Assembly (NCBI GenBank): GCA_039809385.1
Contig: JBDHUY010000002.1
Span: 132,058-196,057, forward strand
From: Candidatus Altimarinota bacterium
GTDB lineage: Bacteria; Patescibacteriota; Gracilibacteria; JBDHUY01
Reading direction: 5' to 3'
DNA length: 64,000 nt
Part shown: piece after piece, positions 8,799 to 18,090 of the stretch
Layout of the letters: the number at the start of each line of letters is the position of its first letter
Numbering within the stretch: position 1 is the stretch's first letter
The notes under the pieces: model-generated
Seen by the model: the letters and a program-made list of their open reading frames with translations, nothing else
Database searches by the model: none
Told to the model about the DNA's origin: nothing
Translations under genes and position numbers: made by a program

Positions 8799-9692
8799 GT
8801 GAGATTTTTTAACACCTCTTCTTTAATGAAGCACCGAAACTCCCCCACTCAGCTCCCGGTTACGTTGATGGAACAACGAAACATACTCGAAACCGACGCA
8901 CAACGGAAGCTACCGGACGAAAAACAGTATGTTCATTATCCAGACCTCGGTTTGCTCAAAAGCCTTCTGGAAAGCTGCAAACTCCCGACCGAGATTTTTG
9001 ACCAAACCTATGCAGACACATTGCACATTCGCGAAATCCTGGATGATCCCGAGTTGAAAGTACTTGGTCGTGTCGAGCAAACCTTGCAGGCTTCTCAACA
9101 ACTGATTGATCAGCTGGTTTCAATCATTCTGGAGCATCCCTCAAAATATAAGGATCACCTTGATATACTCTACCAATACTTAAGCGAAGAGGACGACTTG
9201 GAAGAGGTAGACGTCATCCTGGTATGCGGATGGAAACACCTGGATCGGGCCCAAAAAGCGATTGAACTCTACCGGCAAGGCGTCAGTCCGATACTGCTCT
9301 TTAGCGGCGGACATCCGAGATACGACCCTCGACCGGCCGAAGCGCTGATCTATCGAGATTATGCACTACAAAACGGCATTGCGGCAACCGCTATTCTTAC
9401 CGAAGAAAAATCGATTTCGCTCCCCGGGAATATCATTGCTTCGTTGAACCTTTTGGAAGACCGTCAAATACCTGTAAAAAGGATCAGGCTGGTCTGTTCT
9501 CCTTTTGCCCAAAGGCGGGCCTGGTCCCATCTCAAAAAGTTTACTCCGGACAATCTACGGATTGTTCGGATGAACGCTACTTCCCTACCAGAAATGACCC
9601 AGGAGACTTGGCTTCAGACAGAAAGTTCATTAAAACGCATCCTCAACGAATTTTTCAAAATGTTGGCGGCCATGATGTTCAATACCGCTTAA
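8799..9692 (+). CDS. YdcF/DUF218-family protein
   Basis: DVILVCG...RAQKAIELYRQG..LLFSGG...EA...ILTEEKS...N...LVCSPFAQRRA. Start uncertain. Confidence 0.8.
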   Translation: MRFFNTSSLMKHRNSPTQLPVTLMEQRNILETDAQRKLPDEKQYVHYPDLGLLKSLLESCKLPTEIFDQTYADTLHIREILDDPELKVLGRVEQTLQASQQLIDQLVSIILEHPSKYKDHLDILYQYLSEEDDLEEVDVILVCGWKHLDRAQKAIELYRQGVSPILLFSGGHPRYDPRPAEALIYRDYALQNGIAATAILTEEKSISLPGNIIASLNLLEDRQIPVKRIRLVCSPFAQRRAWSHLKKFTPDNLRIVRMNATSLPEMTQETWLQTESSLKRILNEFFKMLAAMMFNTA

Positions 9693-9862
9693 CATACAAG
9701 CAGTTCTGAACCTTTTATAGTTAACATTGCCAACTGGTCTTGTGCTCTTTGATATTTAAACATCGTTATACGCTATGTCGCATTTGACCTGAAAGAGAAC
9801 GCGGCGTTGTTTTTTCGGACAAGTTCTGGTATGATAATGGGATATATCTTTCCTTCAAAGCG

Positions 9863-12547
9863 GTGAAAAACATTTTACATTGCCATATCTATCGCGACTT
9901 TGGACGGTCTGGGAATGTTGTCTATGACAGAGATAGCCCTCAAAGCCAAGAAGTCCAGCAGCCATCTACCGAAATAGAGAAGCAGCAAAATAATTTTGCG
10001 GCAGATATTGAACGATACAAGACGTACGGATATGCATTGGTATTCAAGCCGGAACCAGGGAATGCCGATAAAGGTAAATTTGAGTTTCAAACGACCAATA
10101 CAGCCGAAAAAACGTATAAGGATGAGGCTAAAAAATTCCTGCAACGAATAAACGATCAGAAAGATCTGTATATTCCGCTTTTTAAATCAATTCAAGCTGA
10201 GAATGCACGAATACTTGCGGAAAGAGAGAAAACCGAAAAAGATACAAAAAAACGATTGAAAGAACATGGAGAAAACATTGAAAACGAAGAAGCGACGAGA
10301 GTACGCACATTTTTATTAGAGAAAGCCCAAGAGAAAAAGGATGCCACAATCGATGAGAAAATCGACTTTTATAAAGAGCTTACCGATAAATGGGAAAAAA
10401 GCATATGGGCTCATTATCTTGTAAAGGAGCACATCTTTCTGGAAGGACAGTACATCGCTTTTGACGAGCAGGGAAACATGTCAGTTGAACCAAACGCTAG
10501 CGAGGATGACAGGAAGTTGCTGAACGCTATCAGCCGAAATGACATTTTGCTGACATTGATGCCCAATAGAGATATAAATTACACAAAAACAACGCCCGAG
10601 AAATTCAGGAAGGACATCGATAACGCTTTGAAAGATTTGGGAATCGAAACGGTAGTCAATGGGAAACGTGCCGATATAGAGGCCATAATTGCTAAGATCG
10701 AAGCAAAGGTCTCGGCAGAAACGACTCCTGAGAAAAAAAGCAAGATATTGGCTTTGCGTTCCCTGTACGAAAGTATGTATAAGGCCGAAGAAGGTTCCGG
10801 GATCATCCTGGATCAGGCCATCAAGAGTAAAGCCGAAACCGATTTGGAAGGTTTTAAGAAACTAAATCAGGCGAAAATTAATACAAATACGATTGAAAAT
10901 GCCGAAGTACGAAAAATAGTGGACGCACAGTTTAAAAATGCCAGCGAGTATTTCAAGGTAAATCCGGATGGTTCGATTACGCCAAAACTTAACGGAGAAG
11001 CTTCCGGAAACCAGCCAGATAAAAAAGTAACGGTCGATTCTTTTCTCAACGATCCCATCGGCGCTTTGGTTGATCAATTTGCCCAGATGCACCCTCTGGC
11101 AAAAATGGCCGTTTTGGCCGGAATTTTGTATGGATTATTCAACGACAAAGCCCGTCCACGGATTATTGGGAGCGTCGCAGCTCTAGGATTTTTGGGAACG
11201 GATTTTGGCAAGAAGCTGACCGGTGAAACTATCGATCAGACAAAAAGAATTACAAATACCGTCGAAAATGTTGGAGTTGGCCTAAAGGAAAAATTAAAAA
11301 TGAGTGATACGTATAAAAAAACATTAAATTACTTAAAATCAACTTTTCCTTGGTTATATAGCACTGTGATTGAACCCATAGCAAATACTGTAGAGGAAGT
11401 TCCTTCTATCTATGCACTTGGTATATTATCTAACAAAAATCCAACCGGAAGAGACGTAGCCGAGATGTACCGAAACGGAGATACCCAGGATTCTTCTAAA
11501 TTAACATTTAAAAAGCTATGTGATGAACAAGCCGGTGAATTTAAACTCGATAATCAAACCTACAAAGATGCAGTTGATAAGTATATCAAGAAGAAGATCA
11601 ACGATGATAATACCTGGCTCACCAAACTGGAAGGAGACCCCTATGGCGGGAAAACTTTTACGGAAATACTAACTACGCTGTATCCGAAAGAAACGACGAG
11701 TACACCATCATCAACACCACCAGTTGTTCCGACTATTCCAACACCTGAGAACATAGAAGATACAGATAAAGAAAAGGCCAGTTATAAATTTCTGGAACGA
11801 GTTGCAGCAGTACTACCAAATGACAGCTCTCCTGCTTACATAAAATCCAACGGCTACTATAATTTGTGCTTCACCATAGCTGGCAAACACTTCAAAGCGC
11901 CGATATCCATAGATAATCCGGTTAATAACGAAGAGTTCGGCATTTTTGAACTAAGTCAAGCCGGCAATGTAGCCAGTACGAAAGCACAAGGCCAAGGTTT
12001 ACAGAAAGCATACAAGACAATCGAAAATTTTAAAAATAATGTTGTGAATGATGTAACGACAGCTTCAGTGACACCCCCGCCTGCCCCGACAGCAGCAGCT
12101 CCCAAGCCTAGCCCTGAACAAGCCATTGCGAGCGGGATAGCTGCCGTAGAACGATATAATTCAGGGTGGTCGGACAAGACCTTAAATTCAGGTCAGATCA
12201 ACAACATTCAAGTCGATCGTTTCTTGGGGACGTCAAGCGCCGGAGCCGATTATTACATCGTAAAATCAGAAGGAAAAGATTGTCTCTTAAGAGTCTATAG
12301 TTCGGGAAACGATGAAATATCGATTTGTGAAATCAATAACGGCTCTGTCAAAGATGATGATTGGGCAGCATATATTAGCGGACTAGAAGCAGAAAGAAAG
12401 TTCCAGGACATAGAGATTGATGGTAGTGGCTGGGCATGGGGAACATATGTCCCCTGGTTTGATGACGATTTGACAACGGAAGATCTAAAAGATCCCCGAT
12501 TCCGTAACCTGGCGACAGCATTGGCTGCTAAAAAAAGCGGAAAATAG
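9863..12547 (+). CDS. Large hypothetical protein (894 aa) with a central TM hairpin and Pro/Thr linkers
   Basis: Long ORF; hydrophobic segments LAKMAVLAGILYGLF and IIGSVAALGFLG; PT-rich linkers. Confidence 0.8.
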   Translation: MKNILHCHIYRDFGRSGNVVYDRDSPQSQEVQQPSTEIEKQQNNFAADIERYKTYGYALVFKPEPGNADKGKFEFQTTNTAEKTYKDEAKKFLQRINDQKDLYIPLFKSIQAENARILAEREKTEKDTKKRLKEHGENIENEEATRVRTFLLEKAQEKKDATIDEKIDFYKELTDKWEKSIWAHYLVKEHIFLEGQYIAFDEQGNMSVEPNASEDDRKLLNAISRNDILLTLMPNRDINYTKTTPEKFRKDIDNALKDLGIETVVNGKRADIEAIIAKIEAKVSAETTPEKKSKILALRSLYESMYKAEEGSGIILDQAIKSKAETDLEGFKKLNQAKINTNTIENAEVRKIVDAQFKNASEYFKVNPDGSITPKLNGEASGNQPDKKVTVDSFLNDPIGALVDQFAQMHPLAKMAVLAGILYGLFNDKARPRIIGSVAALGFLGTDFGKKLTGETIDQTKRITNTVENVGVGLKEKLKMSDTYKKTLNYLKSTFPWLYSTVIEPIANTVEEVPSIYALGILSNKNPTGRDVAEMYRNGDTQDSSKLTFKKLCDEQAGEFKLDNQTYKDAVDKYIKKKINDDNTWLTKLEGDPYGGKTFTEILTTLYPKETTSTPSSTPPVVPTIPTPENIEDTDKEKASYKFLERVAAVLPNDSSPAYIKSNGYYNLCFTIAGKHFKAPISIDNPVNNEEFGIFELSQAGNVASTKAQGQGLQKAYKTIENFKNNVVNDVTTASVTPPPAPTAAAPKPSPEQAIASGIAAVERYNSGWSDKTLNSGQINNIQVDRFLGTSSAGADYYIVKSEGKDCLLRVYSSGNDEISICEINNGSVKDDDWAAYISGLEAERKFQDIEIDGSGWAWGTYVPWFDDDLTTEDLKDPRFRNLATALAAKKSGK

Positions 12548-12556
12548 TTTCACTAT

Positions 12557-12745
12557 ACAGGACCAGGCCTCCGACTTGGTATTTTCATTGTACAAAACAT
12601 ACTCTTTGGCCCAATCAATGAGTTAGTATCCGTAACCATTTTTTAAAGCTCCACCTATAATCTCCATCGGAAAAGTATAACACCCGATCCTACCTGACCG
12701 TTATGTAAAAGAATAAGGATCAAATCAGGAGATTTGATCCTGCGG
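12557..12745. repeat. Second REP-like family, inverted pair between converging genes
   Basis: AGGATCAAATC-AGGA-GATTTGATCCT(GCG) at ~12716-12744 and a degenerate ACCAGGCCTCCGACTTGGT near 12562. Related to AACAGGTC-AGGA-GACCTGTT(CCTGCG) at ~7435. Confidence 0.5.
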
Positions 12746-12791
12746 AAGTTCTTGGTCATGAGTTAGCAGCCAAAAAGAATCAGTAGATCCT

Positions 12792-14384
12792 TTATTCCAC
12801 CACCTCGCCCCCAAACAGCTCGGCCACGTCTTCAGGCGTCATCGATTTTTTCGGCATAGGATCAGTTTCGACCAAAGCCGGAGTCGGTTGAACAGAAAAA
12901 GGTTGAACGTTAGCCGCCGGATCAGGCAGAAGCGTTTCTATCTTTTGCAAAACAGGTCGAATCTGGAACATTTGAGAAAAGCTCTCCTGCAATACTTTCT
13001 CCACCTCGGCGAGCGCGGCCGGAGCTTCCAACACCTCCAGATACATTTGACTCGAAACCTGAAGGGTCAATTTATCCCCTTCCAAAGTCACCGGGGAGGC
13101 ATTTTTAAAAGCATGCCGTACCTTCGGTCCCATTTTACCGGCCAAACTCCCCCACTTTTCGCGTAACATGTCGACGGACACTGTTCCAGAAAATGCCGTT
13201 TCTTCTTTCTCTTCTCGGGAGGGAGGAACATTCGCCTGAACATTCGGTGCGGAAACGGCCACTTGGGGTTCAACAACAGAACTCGCCTGGCTCTTTCTTG
13301 AAGCAAGCAACTCTTTGGAAGAGATTTTCTTTTCTGCTCCGTCTTCGCCGGAGAGTTCCTGTCGTTCTCCGGCAATCTTCACCACTGCAATTTCCAGTGG
13401 CAACTGCGGAATCATCGCGGTCTTTATATCCTGGCTGGTATTTTCTAAGATCTCGATCCAGCGTACCAGTTCCCCGGTATATTCGGGATCTTTATCCTGC
13501 ACGCTCAATAAAAACTGGTCCCGCACATATTCGATAAAATCTTTAAGGAATTGCGTCAGACTCGCTCCCCCTTCATACAGATCGTTTATTTTGGTCAATG
13601 CGTTGTCTACTCTTCCCGCATACAGATCGTCAAACAGTCCTTCGATCACATGGGCAGACGTAACTCCCACATGACTGACCACATCTTCATACGTTATTTT
13701 GCCGTCCAAAACAACTTTTTCGAAAAGTCCGAGCGCATCCCGCAAGCCCCCTTCCGCCACTTTGGCAATCAGGTTCAGCGCTTTGACATCCGCCTGGACG
13801 CCCTCCTGCTCAGCCACAAATTTAAGCCGGTAGACAATATCCTTTATTTCGAAGCGCTTGAAATCAAAACGCTGGCAGCGCGAGATGATCGTATCGGGTA
13901 CTTTGTGTGATTCGGTCGTAGCCAGGATAAAATGCACATGCTCGGGCGGCTCTTCCAAAGTTTTTAGCAACGCGTTAAAGGCCGATTTTGAGAGCATATG
14001 CACTTCGTCGACGATATAGACTTTTTTTTGGGCTTCATTCGGCATAAAGCGGGCTTTATCAATCAGGTCGCGCACATCGTCCACGCTGGTGTGACTGGCC
14101 GCGTCTATTTCGATAATATCGACCAGGCGGCCTTCGGTGATCGCTTCGCATATCCGGCACGCATTACACGGGTTCCCGTCCTCTTTGAGCGCCGTACAAT
14201 TGATTGCCTTGGCTACAATACGGGCGGAAGATGTTTTTCCGGTTCCGCGCGGTCCGGTAAACAAATACGCATGCGACAATTTCCGTTCCCGAGACGCATT
14301 CTTCAAAATAACCCGGGTGATTTCCTGGCCGACCAGGCTGTCAAAGTCCTGCGGACGGTATTTGAGGTAGAGAGTTTGAGGCAT
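12792..14384 (-). CDS. dnaX: DNA polymerase III subunit gamma/tau
   Basis: LYLKYRPQDF, GPRGTGKT, IIEIDAAS, DEVHMLS, AFNALLKTLEEPP and SRCQRF. Confidence 0.97.
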   Translation of the reverse strand: MPQTLYLKYRPQDFDSLVGQEITRVILKNASRERKLSHAYLFTGPRGTGKTSSARIVAKAINCTALKEDGNPCNACRICEAITEGRLVDIIEIDAASHTSVDDVRDLIDKARFMPNEAQKKVYIVDEVHMLSKSAFNALLKTLEEPPEHVHFILATTESHKVPDTIISRCQRFDFKRFEIKDIVYRLKFVAEQEGVQADVKALNLIAKVAEGGLRDALGLFEKVVLDGKITYEDVVSHVGVTSAHVIEGLFDDLYAGRVDNALTKINDLYEGGASLTQFLKDFIEYVRDQFLLSVQDKDPEYTGELVRWIEILENTSQDIKTAMIPQLPLEIAVVKIAGERQELSGEDGAEKKISSKELLASRKSQASSVVEPQVAVSAPNVQANVPPSREEKEETAFSGTVSVDMLREKWGSLAGKMGPKVRHAFKNASPVTLEGDKLTLQVSSQMYLEVLEAPAALAEVEKVLQESFSQMFQIRPVLQKIETLLPDPAANVQPFSVQPTPALVETDPMPKKSMTPEDVAELFGGEVVE

Positions 14385-14596
14385 GGAGGGATCACGTATT
14401 TAGTATGAAGTATGGGCACATATTACCGATTGCTCGTCTTTATCCAGAGTGGTTATTACTAACCCCCTTTCATTAGGCGGAACGAAACATTACCCGCCGG
14501 ATGCCACGCAGGGGCTCCTTTAGGAGTATAACTGCGATGACTAACCGCTCACCGCTAATTGCCTTTTCATTTTAAACAGTTCTGGGCGATTTGCAA

Positions 14597-15529
14597 TCAT
14601 CCGAAATGCAATTCTTTTCCATGCATTCCCCGCAGGAAATCTTCAAAGGAAACCGGGGTCTTTCCTTCAAGCTGTACCGTTTGCGCAACAAGTATACCGT
14701 CAACGGTTTGAATTCCCTCATTGTCAATGATTTTTCCAGGCAGTTGTTCTACTTTTTTGTTCAATACCGCAGCTTGAAGTATTTTGAAACGCTTCTCTTC
14801 CAAAAAAGTGTATACACCCGGCCAGGGAGTAAAAGCTTTGATTTTGCGCACGATCTGAACGGCCGACTCGGTCTGCCAATCGATTTTCCCCATTTCTTTC
14901 TCCAACAAGCGGGAATAAGTAGCCAGGGCAGAATCTTGAGGAACAGGCCTAATCGTGCCTTCGACAAATCCTGCAATGGTATCGCCCAGCTTCTTAGAGC
15001 CCAGGGTAAACAGTTCCGGCAAGAGAGTCTGACTCGTCGCATCCGGATCAACTCGAATCTTGGTTTGCCACAACATATCGCCTTCATCCATGCCCGCGCT
15101 CATTTGCATAATAGTCACTCCCGTTATTTCGTCGCCGAAGAGAAAGGTATAGGGCACCGGGGTCGCCCCGCGATGACGCGGCAGCAACGACGGGTGAATA
15201 TTGATAAAACCAAACCGGGGAATATCCAGAATATTTTGAGGAATGATCTTTCCGTAACTTGCCACGACACAGATATCGGGGTGCAGGTTCTTCAGCCAGG
15301 CCTCAAAGTCGGCAGTTCTGATTTTTTCAGGCGTAACAACTGGTAGTACTAATTCTTCCGCACGTAACGTAACCGGCGACTTGCCGACTGCGAGTCCCCG
15401 ACCTTGGGGTTTACCTGACTGGCTTACCACAGCTACAAGTTCAAAGCGTTTATCTCGAAAAAGTGCTTCCACAACAGACAGAACAAAATCCGATGTCCCG
15501 AAAAAAACAGTACGTAAGGGGTCTTTCAT
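14597..15529 (-). CDS. fmt: Methionyl-tRNA formyltransferase
   Basis: FFGTSDF, VVASYGKII, NIHPSLLPRHRGATP, MDEGD and AFTPWPG. Confidence 0.96.
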   Translation of the reverse strand: MKDPLRTVFFGTSDFVLSVVEALFRDKRFELVAVVSQSGKPQGRGLAVGKSPVTLRAEELVLPVVTPEKIRTADFEAWLKNLHPDICVVASYGKIIPQNILDIPRFGFINIHPSLLPRHRGATPVPYTFLFGDEITGVTIMQMSAGMDEGDMLWQTKIRVDPDATSQTLLPELFTLGSKKLGDTIAGFVEGTIRPVPQDSALATYSRLLEKEMGKIDWQTESAVQIVRKIKAFTPWPGVYTFLEEKRFKILQAAVLNKKVEQLPGKIIDNEGIQTVDGILVAQTVQLEGKTPVSFEDFLRGMHGKELHFG

Positions 15530-15692
15530 AAAAAACGATTGTGAGAACAGGATACTTTGTTAGAATAAGCAAGTAAATGCAAAATTCGGGGCAAGCGATC
15601 AGCTCCTTCCTCACTCCGATCTCCCAACTCCTAACTCCCATCCCCATGCCTTATACTTCATACTTTACACCTAATACTAGATACTTGCCTCT

Positions 15693-16079
15693 ATGTCCCA
15701 TCGTATCGATAAAATAAACAGTCTGATCAAAGAGCAGGTAGCAGACATCCTTTTGACCTCGATTGACCGCGAGCATTTTCAACTTGTAACGGTAACACGC
15801 GTAATTACGGCCCGCGATCTTTCTACTGCTAAAGTCTATGTTTCGCTCCCCAACAATTCGTTCAAAAATTTTTATGAATGGTCGAAAGGAAATTTATACG
15901 ACATTCAAAAAGAGCTGAATCATCGTTTAAATCTGCACCATGTTCCCCGGATCAGTTTCGTGGAAGACACGACTGGCGAATACGTTAGCCATATCGAAGA
16001 TCTGTTTGCCAAGATACGCAAAGATGAAGAGAAAGGAAATCAGGTTAGTCCAGGGACAAATTCAACCGGCAGATCTTGA
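15693..16079 (+). CDS. rbfA: Ribosome-binding factor A
   Basis: RIDKINSLIKEQVA, VTVTRV...DLSTAKVYVS and VPRISFVED. Confidence 0.92.
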   Translation: MSHRIDKINSLIKEQVADILLTSIDREHFQLVTVTRVITARDLSTAKVYVSLPNNSFKNFYEWSKGNLYDIQKELNHRLNLHHVPRISFVEDTTGEYVSHIEDLFAKIRKDEEKGNQVSPGTNSTGRS

Positions 16080-16425
16080 TCTGTTGACGAGGATTTTTGT
16101 GATACGGTTATTGTCTTTCCGTACACAATTGTTAACAAATTGATCCTGGCGTACCGTTCAAAACCTTTTCTGCGGTTTTTCCGTTTAGGGCCAACCAGAC
16201 TAGGTCTTTTTGGAGTACCCATAGAGACACCGTTTTTGATACTCATTTAAAACAAGAGCTATAAAATATTTTTAAAACACAGCAAGATATTTAACATAAC
16301 CAGCTTGCACTGCATGTTCGGTTTGTTATAGTTATTAACTCTTTCCATATCACAAAATAAACAAAAATCTATGAGAGTTTCGATAAAAATACAATCTATC
16401 TCGATCGTTATCCTTCTTACTATCA

Positions 16426-17391
16426 ATGGTTCAAGATATCTACACTCCCGAAGAGGTCGTAGCCGCGGGTCGCAAGATCAAAGCAGCGCGACGTATCGCC
16501 GTAATTTCTCCCAAAAACCTGGACGGCGACAGTCTGGGCTCAACCTGCGCACTCAATCTTGTGTTTAAACAGTTGGGAAAAGAGTCCCAGCTGATCTGTC
16601 TCGAGGATATTCCCGACAATATGAAGTTTATCCCCTCGATTCACGAATTTATCAAAGAACTCGACACAAACGCCTACGACCTTTTCATCATCACCGATTG
16701 CGGCGAACCAAAACTGACAGGATTCGAGCAAACCCATCCCGAGATGTTTGACGGGACAAAAGAATTTATCAACATCGACCACCACATTTCCAATACCAAA
16801 TTCGGCACACTCAATATCGTCAAACCAGGCACAGCGGCAGCATGCATGGTTGTTTACCGTCTTTTGAAGTACTGGAATGTGAAAATCACACCCGATATAG
16901 CCACGGCGTTGATGGTGGGAATATATACGGATACGGGCAGTTTTATGCACAGCAACACAACCGAGGAAGTCTATCGAGTGGCCGGAGAACTATTGTCCCG
17001 GGGCGCCAGCGTCCGCAAAATATCGAAACATATCTTTAAGAACACGCCGCTTTCGACGATGAAACTGTGGGGACGAGTCATGGAACGTGCCCACAAAACG
17101 GAACAAAAAATTACCATTTCGTATGTATTGGAGAGCGACTTTATCGAGCTGGGTGCCAAGCCCGACGATCTGTCGGGAGTCGTGGATTACATCAATGCGG
17201 TACCCGATAGCACTTTTTCGGCTCTGATCACCGAATTCGGCGGAAAAATAAAAGCGTCCCTGAGGACGCTGCGCGAGGATATAAATGTTTCGGCAATCGC
17301 CAAGCTCTTTGGCGGCGGAGGTCATACCAAAGCGGCCGGTTTCACGATTCCGGGACGGCTGGGTATAGCTCAGATCGCTGGAGATATCTAA
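16426..17391 (+). CDS. DHH/DHHA1 phosphoesterase (NrnA-like)
   Basis: DGDSLGS, NIDHH, GIYTDTGSF, SLR and GGGGHTKAAG. Confidence 0.92.
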   Translation: MVQDIYTPEEVVAAGRKIKAARRIAVISPKNLDGDSLGSTCALNLVFKQLGKESQLICLEDIPDNMKFIPSIHEFIKELDTNAYDLFIITDCGEPKLTGFEQTHPEMFDGTKEFINIDHHISNTKFGTLNIVKPGTAAACMVVYRLLKYWNVKITPDIATALMVGIYTDTGSFMHSNTTEEVYRVAGELLSRGASVRKISKHIFKNTPLSTMKLWGRVMERAHKTEQKITISYVLESDFIELGAKPDDLSGVVDYINAVPDSTFSALITEFGGKIKASLRTLREDINVSAIAKLFGGGGHTKAAGFTIPGRLGIAQIAGDI

Positions 17392-17454
17392 AAGGACAGG
17401 AATGTTCATCACACTGACAAAAGCTGCGGGCGCGAATTGCAACATGACATAGAT

Positions 17455-17700
17455 AGGAAATATCAAAGCTCAAATGTCGAATATCAAACGTAGAAGATAT
17501 ACACCATACTTGCTTATCATCGGTTCTTTGAACTTTGATATTTGGCATTTTTTTGTTCGCCGTGACGAATGAACTTTGTGATTTCAGCTTTTAACCCTAT
17601 ACCAACGAATCTTACTATCATCTAGACTATTATTAGATTAGCAAAGACACGTTTTTTATTTTGATTTTTGAGATTTGAGCTTTGACATTTGAGTTTTTTT
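17455..17700. repeat. Inverted 7-bp-period tracts (TCAAA../TTTGA..)
   Basis: TATCAAAGCTCAAATGTCGAATATCAAA faces TTTGAACTTTGATATTTGGCATT and TTTGAGATTTGAGCTTTGACATTTGAG. Confidence 0.7.
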
Positions 17701-17740
17701 CAAAAATCAGTATGCTGATATTTGTTGATCGCTTTTAGAT

Positions 17741-17788
17741 GCGCCCGTAGCTTTCGCTGGATAGTCCGCCGCGGCGGATCGACCCAGG
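17741..17788 (+). pseudogene. Degenerate 5' copy of tRNA-Arg carrying a 14-bp palindrome
   Basis: GCGCCCGTAGCTTTCGCTGGATAG-TCCGCCGCGGCGGA-TCGACCCAGG versus the tRNA sequence GCGCCCGTAGCTCAGCTGGATAG-AGCACCTGGCT-TCGAACCAGG. Confidence 0.75.
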
Positions 17789-17847
17789 TAAAGACTTTAG
17801 AAAGTTACCTGAAAAATACTCATCAAAAAAATACCTCTGCGTACTAT

Positions 17848-17924
17848 GCGCCCGTAGCTCAGCTGGATAGAGCACCTGGCTTCGAACCAGGGGGTCGTGG
17901 GTTCGACTCCTGCCGGGCGCACCA
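17848..17924 (+). tRNA. tRNA-Arg(UCG)
   Basis: Cloverleaf: acceptor GCGCCCG/CGGGCGC, anticodon arm CCTGG-CTTCGAA-CCAGG, GTTCGAC T-loop, encoded CCA. Confidence 0.97.
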
Positions 17925-18090
17925 AAGAAGGTAGTAAGTATTTTTTATTTGGTATTTGGCATGAAAAACCAAAGTCGCTTTATTTAGCCTTTTCTATTCT
18001 TAAATGCAATTCCGAGCTACTAAAATACGAAATAGATCAATATTACTTCTGTAGCTTGGATTTTTAGACGTCGTCATTAAGAATCTTCCC

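Noticed and set aside
14420-14590. SRP RNA (ffs) upstream of dnaX
   Set aside because: Hairpins are present but I could not find the conserved SRP domain IV motif on either strand.
16040-16246. 68-aa minus-strand ORF
   Set aside because: It overlaps the rbfA 3' end and has no recognisable motif; it cannot be supported.
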